From positions 52,888,001 to 52,952,000 of the forward strand of contig NW_024704743.1 in the NCBI RefSeq assembly GCF_018977255.1: a DNA stretch of 64,000 bases, read 5' to 3'. The stretch is from Callorhinchus milii (lineage: Eukaryota). Positions 35,101-64,000 of the stretch are shown here, piece after piece. The first letter of the stretch is position 1, and each line of letters begins with the position of its first letter. The notes under the pieces are model-generated. The model was given only the letters and a program-made list of their open reading frames with translations. It did no database searches and was not told where the DNA came from. A program made the translations under genes and the position numbers.

Positions 35101-36710
35101 TTGTTCCCCTCTACCTCTGCAATCTCCTAAACCTCTACCAACCTGTCTGCTCCGGTCTGCTTCGCATCCCCCATAATAATAATAATAATCCTTGCATTTG
35201 ATATAGCGCTCTTCACGTCGGGAGGACGTCCCAAAGCGCTTCACAGAATATACTGTAAAGTGAATTGACTGTATATTTGTGGGCGAACGCGGCAGCCAAT
35301 TGTGCAGAGCAATGTCCCACAAACAGTCGTAGATTGAAATTGACCAATTTATTATTGTTTTGTTTTTTGGAGGGATTATTATTAGGCTCTGTGTGGAGTA
35401 AGGAAACTTGCCCAAGGTTTCGCCCTCTGCCTGGAATTGAACTCGGGTCTCTCACTTGCAAAGCAAGTGCTCTAACCACTGAGCTACAGAACTCCACAAA
35501 TGGGAGTATAGCAACATAGCAACAGTGGTGGTCAAGCCTTCAGCCACTCTGCCCCCACCCTCTGGAACTCCATCCCACAGACCCTCTGCCTCCCTCCCTT
35601 ACCTCCTTCAAGATGAACCTCAAGACCCTCCTCGTCAACTGTGCCTTCGATCACCCTCCTTTCCCCGCTTGCCCTCCACCCGCCCTGATCCCGCCCCCCA
35701 GCTCGGGTCCGAAACACTGATGGTCCAGCGCCCCGGGACATCCTCGCGACGCGAAGGGGCACTGTACAAATGTGATGTTGTTGTTGTTGTTGTGGTAACA
35801 AGGGCCAAAACTCTTACACACTGCCTCCCAGTGGCCCAATGCCGCCCAGGGTCAGTGACACCCGAGGCAGGACAAGCTCCTCAACAAGGCAGCAGCGACT
35901 TGCATTCATAGAGCGCCCCCCACAGCGGGCGGCGTCCCAGAGCGCTTAGCAATGGTGGAACCCGACGCTGAGCCACTGAGCCGCGGGAGGGGGAGGGGGG
36001 GAGGAGGAGGAGGAGGAGGGGGGCCACAGGCACAGTCGGAAGTGGAAGGTCCTCAGGCGCAACCTGAAAATGGGAAAAGAGGGGGCGAGGGGAGGGATGG
36101 GGGGGGGGGAGGTCCACAGTCTCGGGGTGTAGCGGCTGAGGCTCGGCTGCCGGGGGTGCCGCGGAGGGCTCGGGGGGGACGGGGGGACAGGGAGGGGACA
36201 GGGAGGAGGGCTCGGGGGGGGGGGGGACAGGGAGGAGGGCTCGGGGGGGGGGGGGGGGACAGGGAGGAGGGCTCGGGGGGGGGGGGGGGGGACAGGGAGG
36301 AGGGCTCGGGGGGGGGGGGGGGACAGGGAGGAGGGCTCGGGGGGGGGGGGGACAGGGAGGAGGGCTCGGATGGGGCACAGGGAGGAGGGCTCGGGGGGGA
36401 CAGGGGGGGGCACAGGGAGGAGGGCTCGGGGGGGACGACGGGGGGACAGGGAGGAGGCCGGAGCCGGTAGAGCGGAAGGCAGCGGGTGGTGCTGTGAGGA
36501 GAGAGGGGGTCGGCGAGGCCTTGGAGGGATGTAAACACTGCAGAGCGGATCCAGGCGTCGCTCGGCTGTGTGACGGGAGCCCCCGCGGTGGAGTTTGGCA
36601 ACACTTACTTTCACAGCCCTCAGTCTGCGGCCCTCTCTGTACTTGGGCCTCGTGAAGCACACGCTCTTCTGCTGGTGGTGCTTGTGCACCTCTGGAGCCG
36701 GAGCGGCCAT
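29044..36710 (-). CDS. RBM48: RNA-binding motif protein 48 (minor spliceosome factor), complete gene (5 exons, 378 aa)
   Basis: Exons 36710-36609, 33788-33598, 32243-32101, 31047-30428 and 29124-29044 total 1137 nt in frame. Motifs: KYREGRRLRAVKVYTINLES, FFGSLLHVCYAPEFETVEDTR, RFVPRTAQLQNRKR, IGPKLP and the C-terminal KQRRRI. Confidence 0.96.
29558..29770 (+). mobile_element. tRNA-derived SINE, internally deleted
   Basis: tagcttagtggttagagc head joined to the ...atcaaatgcaaggattatta tail. Confidence 0.7.
30428..31047 (-). CDS. RBM48: RBM48 exon 4
   Basis: Lies within ORF 30413-31117; cattag acceptor; ...NMIRNKLTE|gtaagt. Confidence 0.93.
31238..31462 (-). mobile_element. SINE (5'-truncated)
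   Basis: Matches the body and tail of the full-length SINE. Confidence 0.8.
32101..32243 (-). CDS. RBM48: RBM48 exon 3
   Basis: IAKRKLDERSFFGSLLHVCYAPEFETVEDTRAKLKDRRRYIARATKQ. Confidence 0.95.
33081..33398 (+). mobile_element. Full-length tRNA-derived SINE with a Deu-like core and an L2-derived 3' tail
   Basis: A box TAGCTCAGTGG, B box GTTCAATTCC, anticodon-arm-like ctcgc-tttgcaa-gtgag, core gacattgctgtgcgcaattggctgcc, (TTA)n tail. Confidence 0.92.
33598..33788 (-). CDS. RBM48: RBM48 exon 2 (RRM)
   Basis: VYTINLESRHLLIQGVPAIGVMKELVELFALYGTIEEYSVLDEYPAEEFTEVYKIKYQRLQSA. Confidence 0.95.
34510..35795 (+). mobile_element. L2 LINE fragment split by a SINE insertion
   Basis: HLRNITRIRHYLTPQATETLIHAFITSRLDYAN...LHWLP; resumes at about 35524 and runs to the (TTG)n tail. 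Confidence 0.88.
35173..35497 (-). mobile_element. Full-length SINE nested in L2
   Basis: Reverse complement of the 33081-33398 family. Confidence 0.92.
35883..36601 (-). mobile_element. Degenerate L2 fragment carrying a G-rich minisatellite
   Basis: 3' end similar to the L2 at 51955-52560; 5' end gccaaactccac...ctcccgtcac lies next to the RBM48 exon 1 donor. Confidence 0.65.
36163..36458 (+). repeat. G-rich minisatellite (gggacagggaggagggctcg-Gn)n
   Basis: About 9 units with variable poly-G tracts. Confidence 0.95.
36609..36710 (-). CDS. RBM48: RBM48 exon 1
   Basis: MAAPAPEVHKHHQQKSVCFTRPKYREGRRLRAVK|gtaagt. Confidence 0.92.
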
Positions 36711-37526
36711 CAGACACTCACACACACACACACAGCCCCACCCACAGCTACACACCCTGAGCTGCGCGTGCGCACAGGTCTTAACCCCCCCCTTTCCCGC
36801 TTTCCCCCAGGGCTCCGATTGGATGAGGCGACGGGAGGGCGGGCGGACCTGCGCGATGTGATAGGTCGCTCGTGCTGTCAGTCACTCACACCATATGTTG
36901 TGCATGTGACGCTCGCGCCGTTGGCTCGCGCTGCAGAACGTGTTTGAATTTGAGGGAAGGGCTGGGAGTTCTGACAGTAACGGTTACCGGCCCTCCCCTC
37001 CGGCCCTGCCCTCCCCTCCCCGCGGGCCCTGCCCTCCCCGCGGGCCCTGCCCTCCCCGCGGGCCTCCCCCCTCGCGGGCCCTGCCCTCCCTCCCGCGGGC
37101 CCTGCCCTCCCCTCCCCGCGGGCCCTGCCCTCCCCTCCCCGCGGGCCCTCCCTCCCGCGGGCTCTGCCCTCCCCTCCCCGCGGGCCCTCCCTCCCCGCGG
37201 GCCTGCCCTCCCCTCCCGCGGGCCCTCCCCTCCCCGCGGGCCCTCCCCTCCCCGCGGGCTCTGCCCTCCCCTCCCCGCGGGCCCTGCCCTCCCCTCCCCG
37301 CGGGCCCTGCCCTCCCCTCCCCGCGGGCCCTGCCCTCCCCTCCCCGCGGGCTCTGCTCAGTGCCGCTGACAGCGGAGCGGCCTTTTGAGAGGCGGTCGGC
37401 CTGGCCACTAAAGTTCCCGCGGCTCTCGGGTTAGGCTGAAAAAAGGGGAGGAAGTGAGCGAGAGGAGGACAAGGGGGGCGGTGCGAGGGGCTCGGCCTGG
37501 TCTGGCGGAGGAGGAGGAGGAGGAGG
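36711..37526. promoter_or_regulatory. CpG-rich bidirectional promoter shared by RBM48 and PEX1
   Basis: 816 bp lie between the divergent ATGs. NRF1-consensus match TGCGCGTGCGCA at 36763-36774, GATTGG at about 36817 and GGGCGGGCGG at about 36837. Confidence 0.8.
36988..37356 (+). repeat. GC-rich ~17-23-bp minisatellite (ccctcccctccccgcgggccctg)n
   Basis: Tandem units, each containing CCGCGG-like CpG pairs. Confidence 0.95.
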
Positions 37527-63794
<26,268 letters not shown>

Positions 63795-64000
63795 GTTGGT
63801 ATATCAAGTTTAAGAACTCTGATTTAAGTAATGTTAGCATGTTTGGGGAGATATTCCCCTTGGAGTAGATTTAGAATTAATAATAATCCTTACGTTTGAT
63901 ATAGCATCAAAACATCTCAAAGCGCTTCATAGGATTTACTGTAAAGTGTGGTGATGGATAGTTTGTGGTTGCTGCTTTTAATCTACAAATGCACAGAGTG

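Overview
Vertebrate genomic DNA. The L2, CR1, tRNA/Deu-type SINE and Penelope-like repeats suggest a cartilaginous fish, possibly a chimaera (inferred, not proven). Four spliced protein-coding genes were reconstructed by hand, with intron phases consistent throughout. (1) The 3' part of a progranulin-like gene (+), which enters the window inside a near-identical ~1.7-kb exon+intron tandem array (7 exon copies visible, 1-12059) and ends with three unique exons (stop at 17034). (2) EFCAB1/calaxin (+, 19517-25810, 6 exons, 214 aa, one GC-AG intron). (3) RBM48 (-, 36710-29044, 5 exons, 378 aa). (4) PEX1 (+, exons 1-20, 37527-63794, continuing past the window), head-to-head with RBM48 across a GC-rich promoter. 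The most notable feature is the recently amplified granulin exon. It encodes an atypical 10-Cys module that lacks Cys11/Cys12 and the DxxH motif, and the array units follow an A-B-B-A-B-B-A higher-order pattern. Other observations are inverted TE pairs flanking exons of three genes, minimal hammerhead-ribozyme motifs in Penelope-like repeats, and several G/C-skewed minisatellites.
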